From positions 3,104,001-3,168,000 of the forward strand of contig CBDCXL010000002.1 in the NCBI GenBank assembly GCA_965223795.1: a stretch of DNA of 64,000 nucleotides. The letters are read 5' to 3'. This document shows, piece by piece, positions 9,300 through 19,959 of this stretch. Source of the stretch: Nitrospinales bacterium (lineage in GTDB: Bacteria > Nitrospinota > Nitrospinia > Nitrospinales > VA-1). The notes under the pieces were generated by a model. That model was not told the DNA's origin. It did not search any database and worked only from the letters and a program-made list of their open reading frames with translations. Position 1 is the first letter of the stretch, and each line of letters opens with the position of its first letter. Made by a program: the position numbers and the translations under genes.

Positions 9300-10367
9300 T
9301 CAGTTTCCTCCGTGTTCGGTGAATCCCGGCTGGGAGCTAAATTCCGCTGAATAGCGGGTGGAGCCGGTGTCCGGAATCACCATGCCTTCGACTTCGGCAA
9401 GGCTATCGATCCAGGCGATGCCTTTCTCCGCGCCCATCACGAACAGCGCCGTCGCGATCGCGTCGGCGTCCATCACCGATCGCGCCCGCACGGTGGCCGA
9501 GACGACCCCCCGCACCGGCATTCCGCTTTCTGGATTGAGGATGTGGTGGTAACGCGTGCCGTCCTGGATGAAATAACGCTGGTAGTCGCCGGAGGTGGCG
9601 ACCGCGCCGCCGCTCAGGGAGAACGAGGCGATCATGCGCTCGGGTTTTCTCGGATGCTGCAGCCCGATGGTCCAGGACTTGTCCGTTGCGCGTCTGCCGA
9701 GGGCGATCAGATCGCCGCCGGCGTTGATCAGGGCGTGATCGATGCCTTCCTGCTGCAAGACGGCGGCCGCCCGGTCCACGGCGTATCCCTTGGCCACCGC
9801 GCCCAGATGCAGCGCCATGCCCGAACGGGCGAGCCTGACTTTTCCCCCTTCGATCTCGACATGCTTGAGTCCCGTGGCTGCGAGGGCCTGCTTTATGTCC
9901 GCATCGCCGGGAGGCGCGGGTTCCGGCGCGTCGAAATGCCAGAGCGCCACAACCGGTCCGAGCGTGATGTCGAGCGCGCCCTTTGATTGTTCCCCCCAGT
10001 GAAGCGCGCGTTTGAGGACGGTGAGCGTTTCCTTTGAAACCGCCGTGAATTCGCCGCCCGCGGCGGCGTTGATGCGGGAAAGCTCCGAATCGGGTTTGTG
10101 CGTGCTCATCAACCCTTCCAATCGCGATATTTCATCGAACGCACGGCCGATCGCCTTTTGCGAGCGTTGCGCATCTTCTCCGCGCACGGTGATTTCCACC
10201 AGGGTGCCCATGATGAACTGGCTGCGCCGGGTCAGATCATTGCCGCCGGGGCCGCAGGCCGAAAGGCATGTGGTCAGGAAAAGCAGCAGGGCCGCGGTGG
10301 AGGAGACGGGAACACGCAGGCTGAATGCAGCGTTGTGATTCGCAAGTTTGCTGTTTGGTGCGTTCAC
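9300..10367 (-). CDS. apbE: FAD:protein FMN transferase ApbE (lipoprotein)
   Basis: Lipobox LSAC, IMGT, LGAVAKGYAVD, NAGGD, ATSGDYQRYF, YHHILNP and ADAIATALFVMG. GTG start at 10367 overlaps the upstream TGA. Confidence 0.92.
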   Translation of the reverse strand: MNAPNSKLANHNAAFSLRVPVSSTAALLLFLTTCLSACGPGGNDLTRRSQFIMGTLVEITVRGEDAQRSQKAIGRAFDEISRLEGLMSTHKPDSELSRINAAAGGEFTAVSKETLTVLKRALHWGEQSKGALDITLGPVVALWHFDAPEPAPPGDADIKQALAATGLKHVEIEGGKVRLARSGMALHLGAVAKGYAVDRAAAVLQQEGIDHALINAGGDLIALGRRATDKSWTIGLQHPRKPERMIASFSLSGGAVATSGDYQRYFIQDGTRYHHILNPESGMPVRGVVSATVRARSVMDADAIATALFVMGAEKGIAWIDSLAEVEGMVIPDTGSTRYSAEFSSQPGFTEHGGN

Positions 10368-10792
10368 TCGTCCGCCTTGATGCGGCCGTCCTCGGTGAAC
10401 GACCAGAAAGGATTCCAGGACACTTCCCAGGGGTGGCCGTCCGGATCGGCGAAGGTCCCCGAGTAGCCGCCCCATTCGGTTTTTTCACCGCTTTTCAGCA
10501 GGGTGGCGTCGGCGCGTTCGGCTTCCCTGAGGATTTTGTCCACGTCGCCGCGCTCTCTGACGTGGAAGGAAAGCACGATGCCGCCGAATCCGGTGAGCTG
10601 GTTGTGCAGATTGTTCTCGCGCGCCAGTTTGTCCCAGGGAATCAGGGCGAAGACCGTGCCGCCGGCGTGGAAAAAGATGAAATCCTTTTTGCTCTCTGGC
10701 GAGGCCTTCCAGCCCAGCCCTTCTTCATAAAACCGGCGGGCCCGTTCCAGATCCGCGACGCCCAGGGTCACCCTGTGGATTCTCTGCTCCAT
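10364..10792 (-). CDS. VOC/glyoxalase family protein
   Basis: VTLGVADLERARRFY and WGGYSGTFADPDGHPWEV motifs. Confidence 0.9.
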   Translation of the reverse strand: MEQRIHRVTLGVADLERARRFYEEGLGWKASPESKKDFIFFHAGGTVFALIPWDKLARENNLHNQLTGFGGIVLSFHVRERGDVDKILREAERADATLLKSGEKTEWGGYSGTFADPDGHPWEVSWNPFWSFTEDGRIKADE

Positions 10793-10820
10793 GTCGTCCT
10801 TTGCGGCACGCTGCCCGCGC

Positions 10821-12575
10821 TCAACGGTCGAAGCCGGAGACCAGCACTTCGCGGTTGTAGGTGGCGACCACGTCGCCCCGGTTGATCATGCCGATGACCT
10901 TTTTCGAATCGCCGGATTTCACCACCGGAAGCTGCTCCACGTCCAGCTTGGCGAACAGCTCCATGGCCTCGTTGAGGTTGTTGTCGGGCAACAGGGTCAT
11001 GACTTTCTTGGTGGACAGTTCGCTGGCGATGACCAGATCCTCCAGCCCTTCTTCGAAGATCATCTCGCGGATGTCGTTGAAGGAGAGAACGCTGGTCATG
11101 TCGCCTTCACGGTTGATGACGGGAAAGTAAAAATTCTTGGAGTAGGAGATGGTCTCCAGAATTTTGCGGAACGGCATTTCCTCGGAGATGGTGGTCACCT
11201 CCGTGCGCATCACGTCCTTCACCTTGATGCGGTTGAGGATGGAGGTTTCCCGCCCGTGCTCGATGTTGATGCCGTTGTTCAGCAGGTACTGCATGTAGAT
11301 CGAATGCTTGCCGAACGCCCGGTAGGTGTAGGCCGACACGATGCCGGTGACCATGATCGGCAGGATCAGGGTGTAATCGTTGGTCAGCTCGAACAGCATG
11401 ATGATGTTGGTGAGCGGCGCCTGCATGACGGCGCCGGCCACCGCGCCCATGCCCACCACCGCGTAGGTCGCGGCGGAGGCGGTCCAGTCCGGGAACAGCG
11501 TGTGGACGCCGGTGCCGAAGGCGGTGCCCACCATCGCGCCGATGAACAGCGACGGGGCGAAGATGCCTCCCAGCCCGCCGGAACCCAGCGTGACGGAGGT
11601 GGAGAGCATTTTCATGAACACCAGTATCAGCGCCAGCCCCCAGAACATCTCGCCGGTCAGCGCCTTTTCCATGGCCCCGTAACCGTTCCCCAGAATCTCC
11701 GGCAGGAAAATGGAAACCATCCCCACCAGAAATCCGCCCAGCGCCGGTCTGGCGATCGGGGAAACTTTGACTTTCTTCTCGAAGATGTGCCGGGTGCGGA
11801 AATAGATCACCACGAACAGCCGCGCCGCGAGGCCGCACAGCACGCCCAGGATGAGGTAAAAGACGATCTCGTTGTAGCTCACCAGCCGGTGATACGGCAC
11901 CTGAAATGTGATCTCGTTGCCTTCCAGCGCCCGGCCGGTCACGGTGCCGATGACGGACGCGATGATGATGGGGCTGAAGGTGTGGATGGTGAAATCGCCG
12001 AGGATGATCTCCAGCGCGAACAGGACCCCGGCGAGAGGCGCGTTGAAGGAGGCGGCGATGCCCGCGGCGGCGCCGCAGCCGACCAGCACCTGAATCCGCT
12101 CCGAGGACATGCGGAACAGGGAACCGATCGCCGAGCCCACGGCGGAGCCGATCTGCACGGTGGGGCCTTCCCTCCCGGCGGAGCCGCCGGAGCCGATGGT
12201 GATGGCCGAGGTGGTGGCGCAGCTCACGATGGTGCGCTTGCGGATCTTGCCGCCGTTCAAGGCCACCGCCTGCATCACGTTGTGGACGCCGTTTTCCTTG
12301 ACGGCGTTGGGGAAAAAATGGCAGATCCAGCCGATCAGCCAGCCCCCCAGCATGGGCATGAAGGGCAGGAGAAACGGGTACAGAATCGGTGAAATCCCAA
12401 TCAGGGAAAAGCCTTTGACGGAGAACAGGGTTTCCACGAAATGGATCATCCAGCGGAACACGGTCGAGGCGAAACCGGCCAGAAACCCGATCAGGGCGGC
12501 CAGCAGCAGCAGGTTGTGGTCCTTGGTCAGAAAATCCCGGACCAAGCCTCGAATATGCTCGATTTTTAATTGCAT
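10821..12575 (-). CDS. Chloride channel (ClC) protein with C-terminal CBS pair
   Basis: GSAGREGP, ASFNAPLAG, GGIFAPSLFIG and two CBS domains. Confidence 0.92.
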   Translation of the reverse strand: MQLKIEHIRGLVRDFLTKDHNLLLLAALIGFLAGFASTVFRWMIHFVETLFSVKGFSLIGISPILYPFLLPFMPMLGGWLIGWICHFFPNAVKENGVHNVMQAVALNGGKIRKRTIVSCATTSAITIGSGGSAGREGPTVQIGSAVGSAIGSLFRMSSERIQVLVGCGAAAGIAASFNAPLAGVLFALEIILGDFTIHTFSPIIIASVIGTVTGRALEGNEITFQVPYHRLVSYNEIVFYLILGVLCGLAARLFVVIYFRTRHIFEKKVKVSPIARPALGGFLVGMVSIFLPEILGNGYGAMEKALTGEMFWGLALILVFMKMLSTSVTLGSGGLGGIFAPSLFIGAMVGTAFGTGVHTLFPDWTASAATYAVVGMGAVAGAVMQAPLTNIIMLFELTNDYTLILPIMVTGIVSAYTYRAFGKHSIYMQYLLNNGINIEHGRETSILNRIKVKDVMRTEVTTISEEMPFRKILETISYSKNFYFPVINREGDMTSVLSFNDIREMIFEEGLEDLVIASELSTKKVMTLLPDNNLNEAMELFAKLDVEQLPVVKSGDSKKVIGMINRGDVVATYNREVLVSGFDR

Positions 12576-12784
12576 AGGGTTGATTTTAAAGGGTCAACTC
12601 GATTATTCCATTATAAAGAATGTGGCGCGGGATGACCAGCCGGAGTGGTGGAGCCGCTGCGGCGCAAGCGGTCCAAAGCCTTCGGAATCCTTATAATTGC
12701 TTACCATAATTCAACGCCGTTGTGTTATTCTCAACGGCGATTTTGCGGCGGTTGTGGTGCTGAACGACCCATGAGGAGCCTGAA

Positions 12785-13432
12785 ATGGTAAAAATTGCCC
12801 CTTCGATCCTGTCCGCGGATTTCAGCAGGCTGGGCGATGAAATCAAGGCGGTGGAGCAGGCAGGCGCGGACTGGATCCATGTGGACGTGATGGACGGGCA
12901 TTTCGTTCCCAATATCACGATCGGTCCCGGCGTGGTGGCGGACATCCGCAAGGTGACCGGACTGCCTCTGGACGTGCATCTGATGATCGAGGATCCGGAC
13001 CGGTATATCAAGGATTTCGCCGAAGCGGGGGCGGATATTCTCACGGTTCACGTGGAGGCCTGTCCGCATTTGCACAGGACGCTGCATTATATCAAAGAAC
13101 AGCAGGTGCGCGCCGGGGTGGTGCTGAACCCCGCGACCCCGCTTTCCAGCCTCGAAGAAGTGCTGCACGACATCGACATGGTGCTTCTGATGTCGGTCAA
13201 CCCGGGATTCGGCGGCCAGGAGTTCATCCCTTCGCTGCTGGACAAGACCCTCAACCTCAAAGAGATCATGGAGCACTACGATCACGAGTTCGACCTTGAG
13301 GTCGACGGCGGCATCAAGGCCGACAACGCGGCGGACATCAAGCAGGCGGGGGCCAACGTGCTGGTGGCGGGTTCGGCCATCTTCGAAAGCAAGAACTACG
13401 AGGACGCCATTCAGAAGCTGCGCGATGCCTGA
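12785..13432 (+). CDS. rpe: Ribulose-phosphate 3-epimerase
   Basis: [38 protein letters not shown] and VDGGI motifs. Confidence 0.97.
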   Translation: MVKIAPSILSADFSRLGDEIKAVEQAGADWIHVDVMDGHFVPNITIGPGVVADIRKVTGLPLDVHLMIEDPDRYIKDFAEAGADILTVHVEACPHLHRTLHYIKEQQVRAGVVLNPATPLSSLEEVLHDIDMVLLMSVNPGFGGQEFIPSLLDKTLNLKEIMEHYDHEFDLEVDGGIKADNAADIKQAGANVLVAGSAIFESKNYEDAIQKLRDA

Positions 13433-13712
13433 AACGCGGGGGACTTTGTTTTTCCCTTCGTTTTGAGCAACGGGCTTGGTCACGGGACACCGCGGATTGA
13501 AATTGGGCGGGCGTTTCCGTTCCCCATGCCTATAAATTTTTCGCCGCATCGGGCCGCCCGGCCGCTGCCCGGAAACGGGGTTATTTCCCTTGTATTCTCC
13601 GGTGCAATCACGCTACACTGTCCCCACTTTAAAAAATTTCTTTTTTAACAGATAATTAGAGGGATGCATTTCCTTTTAGAGATAATCTGAATTTTTTCGG
13701 AGGGTTTGGGCC

Positions 13713-14093
13713 ATGATGGGAATCGGATTTCCGGAACTGATGATCATTCTGATCATCATCATGATCATCTTCGGCGCGGGAAAGTTGCCGGAGATCGGCA
13801 GCGCTTTCGGACGCAGCATCAAGAATTTCAAATCGTCCATGAAGGAAGCGGAAGCGGAGGATGAAGAGGCCAACAAGGAAGGCGACCCCGCGGCGATCGA
13901 GCAGGGAACCGGTCCTTCCGAGGAAGACGACGCCAATCTGAGCGATGAAGAAAAAGAAGCGCTGGCCCGCAAGAAAGCTCAGGAAGAGGGCGAGGCCAAG
14001 GACCGCGCCATGAAGGAAACCGCCGATGCGTTCACGTCCTCTCTGCCGAGGAAGGGTTCCTACGATTACTCCAAGGACCAGGAAAAAAGCTGA
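13713..14093 (+). CDS. tatA: Twin-arginine translocase TatA/TatE subunit with long acidic tail
   Basis: GIGFPELMIILIIIMIIFGAGKLPEIGSAFGRSIKNFK. Confidence 0.9.
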   Translation: MMGIGFPELMIILIIIMIIFGAGKLPEIGSAFGRSIKNFKSSMKEAEAEDEEANKEGDPAAIEQGTGPSEEDDANLSDEEKEALARKKAQEEGEAKDRAMKETADAFTSSLPRKGSYDYSKDQEKS

Positions 14094-14195
14094 ACCTGCC
14101 GTCAACAATTCCGGTTGAGGCCCTCGCCGGCCAGTCCGGCAGGCGTTGCGGAAGCGGGGAGCGTGTGTGGACCCTGCGGCCGGAAGCCGGATCTC

Positions 14196-14507
14196 TCAAT
14201 ACGACCAGGGTTCTTTCAGGTTGTCCACCGTCCACACCGTCCAGCCATCCACATCTTTGTACACCCCGCTTGTGTAGAAGTTGAACGGATCGAAAAACCG
14301 CACTCCCTTTTCCGCATCCATCTCGAAGCTCACTTTATCCTTCTGCATGTCGTTGCTTTTGCATTCCAGATATTTTTCTCCGTCCATTTCAGAAAGCGCG
14401 AAAATTTCCTGGTACTTTTCCTGATCGTCCGATTCGGTTTCGACCAGAATTTTTACTTTTTCCATGATCTGTTCCACTTTTTCCTTGGACAGGTGGTGCA
14501 TTTTCAT
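14196..14507 (-). CDS. Hypothetical protein
   Basis: Acidic ~103-aa ORF downstream of nuoN; GAAG precedes ATG 14507; no recognisable motif. Confidence 0.55.
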   Translation of the reverse strand: MKMHHLSKEKVEQIMEKVKILVETESDDQEKYQEIFALSEMDGEKYLECKSNDMQKDKVSFEMDAEKGVRFFDPFNFYTSGVYKDVDGWTVWTVDNLKEPWSY

Positions 14508-14614
14508 AACTTCACCGACGAGTGCGGGTTGCCGAATGAGAATCCATACATTCAAATTCCGATGGAGAAATTATACCGAAAATACGCGCCGTTGTGGACC
14601 GGAAAGGAAGGGGG

Positions 14615-16057
14615 TCAATTCTGCGCCAGCGAGAGTATCGGGTCCGGAAATATCCCCAGCTCGATGGTGCCGATCACGGACAGGGCGACGACGAACAGGG
14701 TCATGGGGGAGGGGGCGATCTTGAACTCGGCCACGGGTTCCTTCATGTACATATAGACGACGACCTTGAGGTAATAGTAAAAGGAAATGGCGCTGTTCAA
14801 CACGGCGATGATCACCAGATAGAGGTAGCCTTCCTGCAGGGCGGCGTTGAAGATGTAGAATTTTGCGACAAAGCCCGCGAACGGCGGCAGGCCTCCCAGC
14901 GACAGCAGGAAGATGGTCATGGCCAGAGCCAGCACCGGATGCTTGTAGGCGAGGCCGGAGTAATTCTCGATCTCCAGGTTTTCGTTGCCGGAGCGGCCGA
15001 GCATGATGATGATGCCGAAGGTGCCGAACACCATGAAGGCGTAGGCCAGCATGTAGAACAGAAGGCTCGCCAGGCCCAGGGAGTTTTTGGCGATGACGGC
15101 GATCAGGATGTAACCGACGTGCGACACGCTGGAGTAGGCCAGAAGCCGCTTGATGTTGGTCTGCACGATGGCGCCCAGGTTGCCGACGAACATGGTGAGC
15201 ACGGCGACGATGTAGAGCAGGGTTTCCCAGGAATCCGACATCTCCGGCATGGTTTCCGCGAACACGCGGAAGAACGCCGCGAAGGCCGCGGCCTTGGGGC
15301 CCACCGCCATGAACGCCGTCACCGGCGAGGGCGCGCCCTGATAGACGTCCGGCGCCCACATGTGAAAAGGCACCGATGCCACCTTGAAGCCGAAGCCGAT
15401 GACCAGCAGCACCACGCCTAACAGCATGATGGGCTTGGTCTCGACGTCGGTGGTCTTGATCAGCTCCGCGATCTTCGGCAGGTTCGTGGTGCCGGTCGCG
15501 CCGTACATGAGCGCCATGCCGTAGAGCAGAAACCCGGTCGCGAACGCGCCGAGCAGAAAATACTTGAGCGCCGCTTCGTTCGACTTGGTGTCGTTCCTGC
15601 GTATCCCCGCCAGCACGTACAGGCAGATCGAGACGATCTCGATGCCGAGGAAGATCATGATGAAATCGGAGGAGGAGGCCAGAAGGATCATGCCCACGGT
15701 GCAGAACAGCACGAGCGCGTAATATTCCCCCGCCTGGATGCCCTCGCGTTCGTTGAACTCGATGGAGATCAGGATCGCCAGCGCCGAACTCATGGTGAAG
15801 ATGATGATGAAAAAGACGGAAAGGTGATCCACCACGTAGCTGTCGTTGAACGAGTAGACCGGCCATCCGACTTTGGCGAAGGCGCTGACGGCGGTCATCA
15901 ACAGGCCCACCAGGCTGACGAACACCAGGATGGATTTGTTTTTGCCGCCGAACAGGTCGAGTATCAGCACGGCCATGGCGAACACGCTCAGCACCAGCAC
16001 CGGCGCGATGCTGACGAGATCGATGGATTCGGGCATCGGGATCGGGGTCGTGTTCAC
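14615..16057 (-). CDS. nuoN: NADH-quinone oxidoreductase subunit N
   Basis: EAALKYFLLG, FKVASVPFHMWAPDVYQGAP, KRLLAYSS. Confidence 0.95.
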   Translation of the reverse strand: MNTTPIPMPESIDLVSIAPVLVLSVFAMAVLILDLFGGKNKSILVFVSLVGLLMTAVSAFAKVGWPVYSFNDSYVVDHLSVFFIIIFTMSSALAILISIEFNEREGIQAGEYYALVLFCTVGMILLASSSDFIMIFLGIEIVSICLYVLAGIRRNDTKSNEAALKYFLLGAFATGFLLYGMALMYGATGTTNLPKIAELIKTTDVETKPIMLLGVVLLVIGFGFKVASVPFHMWAPDVYQGAPSPVTAFMAVGPKAAAFAAFFRVFAETMPEMSDSWETLLYIVAVLTMFVGNLGAIVQTNIKRLLAYSSVSHVGYILIAVIAKNSLGLASLLFYMLAYAFMVFGTFGIIIMLGRSGNENLEIENYSGLAYKHPVLALAMTIFLLSLGGLPPFAGFVAKFYIFNAALQEGYLYLVIIAVLNSAISFYYYLKVVVYMYMKEPVAEFKIAPSPMTLFVVALSVIGTIELGIFPDPILSLAQN

Positions 16058-16085
16058 GGTCCTGTCCTCTCAATAAAAATCGTCG

Positions 16086-17654
16086 TCATTGCCTGCCTCC
16101 CAGCTCGCGGTTGATCTTGGCGATGTCCCCCTCCTTGATCAGGGCCGCGTGGTGGTCCTTTTGCTGTTTGGGCCGGAAATTGTCCGGCGAGACTTTGGAC
16201 AGTAGGTGCGTCACCGATGCGTCGAAGGTTTTCGTGAACGGTTTGGGATAGAGCCCGATCCAGAACACCAGGACGATGAGCGGAGCCATGGTGATGTGTT
16301 CCCTAAGGTTCATGTCCTTGAGCTTCATGTTCTCCGGATTTTTCAGCTCCTGGAACATCACGCGCTGGAACATCCACAGGATGTAGCAGGCCGCGAAGAT
16401 CACACCGCTGGTGGCGCAGGCGGCCCAGATGCCGTTGACCTGAAAGATACCGAGCAGCACCAGAAATTCGCCGACGAACCCGTTCATGCCGGGAAGCCCG
16501 ATGGAAGACAGCGCGATGATCATGAAACAGATGGCGTACTGCGGCATCTGTTTCGACAGGCCGCCGAATTCGGAAATCTCGCGCGTGTGCCTGCGGTCGT
16601 AAATCATGCCCACCAACAGGAAGAGCGCGCCCGTGCTGATGCCGTGATTGATGTTCTGCAAGAGCGCACCCTGCATGCCGTAATGGTTGAGCGCGAAAAT
16701 ACCCAGCATGACGAAACCGAGATGGCTGACGCTGGAATAGGCGACGAGTTTTTTCAGGTCCTTCTGCACCATGGAAACCAGGGCGCCGTAAATGATGCCG
16801 ATGATGGAAAGCCACGCGATGAAGGGAACGAATTCGTTTGTGGCGTGCGGAAACAGCGGCAGGTTGAAACGGAAAAATCCGTAGGTGCCCATTTTCAAGA
16901 GCACGCCAGCCAGGATCACGCTGCCAGCGGTGGGCGCTTCCACGTGCGCGTCGGGCAGCCAGGTGTGAAATGGAAACATCGGCACCTTGATCGCGAATGC
17001 CAGGAAAAACGCCAGGAAAAGCCATTTCTGGGTCGTGAGCGACACGTCGAGATGGTCGGTGATGTAAAGCAGATCGGTGGTGGCGACGCCGGTCTGTTCT
17101 TTGATGAGAACGTAGATCCAGATGATGGCCACCAGCATCAGCAGCGAACCGACGGCGGTGTAGAGGAAAAACTTGATCGCGGCGTACACCCGGCGCGGGC
17201 CGCCCCACACGCCGATGATGATGTACATCGGAACGAGCTGAAATTCCCAGAACACGTAGAACAGGAAAAAGTCGAGCGCGATGAACACGCCGAGCATGCC
17301 GGTGGAGAGCGCCAGCATGGCCATCATGTACTCGCGGATGTGCTTTTTCACATCCCAGGACGCGATGATGGAGATCAGCGTCAAAAAGGTGGTCATCACG
17401 TACAGCAGCAGCGAGATGCCGTCGATGCCCACGTGGTAGCCGATGCCCCATTCGGTGATCCAGGGAACCGAATACTCGAACTGCATCTCGTGGCTGGTGG
17501 AATCGAAGCTCGCCCACAGTTGCAGCGACAGCAAAAAATCCGCCGCGGCGAAGGCGACGGCCGTCTGCTTGATGGCGTCCACTTTCTCCTTCGGGATGAA
17601 GGCGAGGAGGACGGCGCCGATGAGCGGCAGAAATGTCAAAAATGTAAGAAACAT
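16086..17654 (-). CDS. nuoM: NADH-quinone oxidoreductase subunit M
   Basis: FAIKVPMFPFHTWLPDAHVEAPTAGSVILAGVLLKMG. Confidence 0.95.
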   Translation of the reverse strand: MFLTFLTFLPLIGAVLLAFIPKEKVDAIKQTAVAFAAADFLLSLQLWASFDSTSHEMQFEYSVPWITEWGIGYHVGIDGISLLLYVMTTFLTLISIIASWDVKKHIREYMMAMLALSTGMLGVFIALDFFLFYVFWEFQLVPMYIIIGVWGGPRRVYAAIKFFLYTAVGSLLMLVAIIWIYVLIKEQTGVATTDLLYITDHLDVSLTTQKWLFLAFFLAFAIKVPMFPFHTWLPDAHVEAPTAGSVILAGVLLKMGTYGFFRFNLPLFPHATNEFVPFIAWLSIIGIIYGALVSMVQKDLKKLVAYSSVSHLGFVMLGIFALNHYGMQGALLQNINHGISTGALFLLVGMIYDRRHTREISEFGGLSKQMPQYAICFMIIALSSIGLPGMNGFVGEFLVLLGIFQVNGIWAACATSGVIFAACYILWMFQRVMFQELKNPENMKLKDMNLREHITMAPLIVLVFWIGLYPKPFTKTFDASVTHLLSKVSPDNFRPKQQKDHHAALIKEGDIAKINRELGGRQ

Positions 17655-17660
17655 GATCTT

Positions 17661-19628
17661 TTAAAACATCACGATGAGCAGGCAGACGAATCCGACCACG
17701 ATGAACAGGGCGTAGTTGCGCACGAAGCCGGACTGAAACACCTGCGCCCGTTCGGAAAACCAGCCGATGACCCTGGCGACGCCGTTGACCCCGCCGTCGA
17801 TGCCTTTGGCGTCGGCTTCGGTCCATAACAGTTTGGAGCCTTCGATCGTGGGCTGCACGATGGTTGCGTCGTACATTTCGTCCACGCCGTATTTATTCTT
17901 CACCAGCTCATAGCCCCACTGGCCTTTGGTGAGCCTGTCGGGCATGTCCGGTTTCTTGATGTAAAAAATGTAGGCCGCCGAGATGCCGGTGATGGCCACC
18001 ACCACGGAGAGCACCATCAGGCCGATTTCCGCCCAGACGTTGTGCGTCTTGGGTTCGAGGAAATGTTCCCAGTGCGGCGCGTGGCGTCCCATCTCGTGCA
18101 GCATGTGCTCGGAATGGTGGATCGCCGCGGCCAGATCGAAATGCAGCACCGGCTCCAGCCAGTTGTGCAGGATGTGCCAGCCGTGGATGAGCGGGATGCC
18201 CAGCAATCCGCCGAACACAGCCAGCCCGGCCAGAATGACCAGCGGCAGGGTCATGATCTTCGGCGATTCGTGCACGTGCACTTTGGGATCGACGCGCGAT
18301 TCACCGTGGAAGGTCATGAACACGAGCCGGAACATGTAAAACCCGGTCAGCAGGGCGGCGGAGATGCCCATGCCCCAAAAGATGACATTGCCATCCATCA
18401 GCGCGTGGTACAGAATTTCGTCCTTGCTGAAAAATCCCGAAAGGGGAGGCAGCCCCGCAATGGCCAGGGTCGATATGAGAAACGTGATGTAGGTGATGGG
18501 CATGTGGTCTTTCAAAGCGCCCATCTTGCGCATGTCCTGCTCGCCCTCCATGCCGTGGATCACGCTGCCGGAGCCCAGAAAGAGACAGGCCTTGAAGAAG
18601 GCGTGGGTGATCATGTGGAAGATCGCGGCGGTGTAGGCGCCGACGCCGCAGGCCAGGAACATGTAGCCGATCTGGCTGCAGGTGGAGTAGGCGAGCACGC
18701 GCTTGATGTCGTTCTGCGCCATGCCGATGGTGGCCGCCATGATGGCGGTGCTGCCGCCGATGAAGGCGACGACCATCATGATGTCCGGCGCCATGGTGAA
18801 CAGCGGGTTGCAGCGCACCACCATGAACACGCCGGCGGTGACCATGGTCGCGGCGTGGATCAGGGCGCTGACGGGCGTCGGGCCTTCCATCGCGTCGGGC
18901 AGCCAGGTGTACAGCGGGATCTGCGCCGATTTTCCGGTCGCGCCGATGAACAGCAGCATGCAGATGATGTTGACGGCCTCGCTGGAGAAGATCAGTTTTT
19001 CCGGCGCCTGGTGGAACACCGTGGTGTAGTCGATGGAGCCGAAGATGGAAAAAATGTACATGACCGCGAGCAGGAAGGCGAAGTCCCCCACGCGGTTGAC
19101 GATGAACGCCTTGGTGCCGGCGTCGCAGGCCGACTTTTTCTCGAAATAGTAGCCGATGAGGAAATAGGAGCAGCAGCCGACGCCTTCCCAGCCGATGAAC
19201 ATGATGAGGAAGTTGTTGCCCATGACGAGCAGCAGCATCGCGAACATGAACAGGTTGAGGTAGGCGAAGAAGCGGTAGAAGCTGTACTCATCGTGCATGT
19301 AGCCGATGGAGTAGACGTGGATGAGAAAGCCGACCCCGGTGACGAAGGTCATCATGGTGAGGGACAAGGGATCGATCTGGAAACCGAAATCGACCACGAA
19401 ATCCCCGGCGGCGATCCAGGTGAACAGGGACTGTTCGAACACGTGCTCGCCTTCGGGCAACAGGAAGTAGCCGATGAACACGACGAGCGTCGTGAGAAAC
19501 GACAACGCGACGGAACCGCAGGCGATGTATCCGACGAGGCGCTTTCCGATTTTGAGCCCGAAAAATCCGTTGATGATGGAACCGATCAACGGGTACAGGG
19601 GTATCAGCCAGGTGAGTTTCAGCAGCAT
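17661..19628 (-). CDS. nuoL: NADH-quinone oxidoreductase subunit L
   Basis: GKSAQIPLYTWLPDAMEGPTPVSALIHAATMV and HAFFKACLFL. Confidence 0.95.
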   Translation of the reverse strand: MLLKLTWLIPLYPLIGSIINGFFGLKIGKRLVGYIACGSVALSFLTTLVVFIGYFLLPEGEHVFEQSLFTWIAAGDFVVDFGFQIDPLSLTMMTFVTGVGFLIHVYSIGYMHDEYSFYRFFAYLNLFMFAMLLLVMGNNFLIMFIGWEGVGCCSYFLIGYYFEKKSACDAGTKAFIVNRVGDFAFLLAVMYIFSIFGSIDYTTVFHQAPEKLIFSSEAVNIICMLLFIGATGKSAQIPLYTWLPDAMEGPTPVSALIHAATMVTAGVFMVVRCNPLFTMAPDIMMVVAFIGGSTAIMAATIGMAQNDIKRVLAYSTCSQIGYMFLACGVGAYTAAIFHMITHAFFKACLFLGSGSVIHGMEGEQDMRKMGALKDHMPITYITFLISTLAIAGLPPLSGFFSKDEILYHALMDGNVIFWGMGISAALLTGFYMFRLVFMTFHGESRVDPKVHVHESPKIMTLPLVILAGLAVFGGLLGIPLIHGWHILHNWLEPVLHFDLAAAIHHSEHMLHEMGRHAPHWEHFLEPKTHNVWAEIGLMVLSVVVAITGISAAYIFYIKKPDMPDRLTKGQWGYELVKNKYGVDEMYDATIVQPTIEGSKLLWTEADAKGIDGGVNGVARVIGWFSERAQVFQSGFVRNYALFIVVGFVCLLIVMF

Positions 19629-19632
19629 GCGT

Positions 19633-19956
19633 CTACCATTTCATGATATTGAATTCGTCCAGATTGACGGTCGGTTTGTTGCGGAACATGGAGATGATGA
19701 TGGCGAGCCCGACCGATACCTCGGCGGCGGCGACACACATCACCATGAAGCTGAAAATCTGACCGTCGTGCGCGTGCAGATACTTGTCGAACGCGATCAA
19801 CGAAATATTGACGGCGTTCAGCATGATCTCGATCGACATGAAGACCACGATGGCGTTGCGGCGCACGAGCACCCCCACCACGCCGATGACGAACAGCGTC
19901 GCGCTCAGTATCAGGTAATGCGAGAGCGGGACCATCCCGCTCAAAAAATCGTCCAT
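19633..19956 (-). CDS. nuoK: NADH-quinone oxidoreductase subunit K
   Basis: [19 protein letters not shown] and [10 protein letters not shown]. Confidence 0.95.
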   Translation of the reverse strand: MDDFLSGMVPLSHYLILSATLFVIGVVGVLVRRNAIVVFMSIEIMLNAVNISLIAFDKYLHAHDGQIFSFMVMCVAAAEVSVGLAIIISMFRNKPTVNLDEFNIMKW

Positions 19957-19959
19957 GGT

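Noticed and set aside
10368..10475. apbE extension overlapping the VOC gene (likewise lhgO 56148-56306 overlapping rfbF)
   Set aside because: Downstream starts (GTG 10367, ATG 56147) give normal operon spacing and match where family similarity begins.
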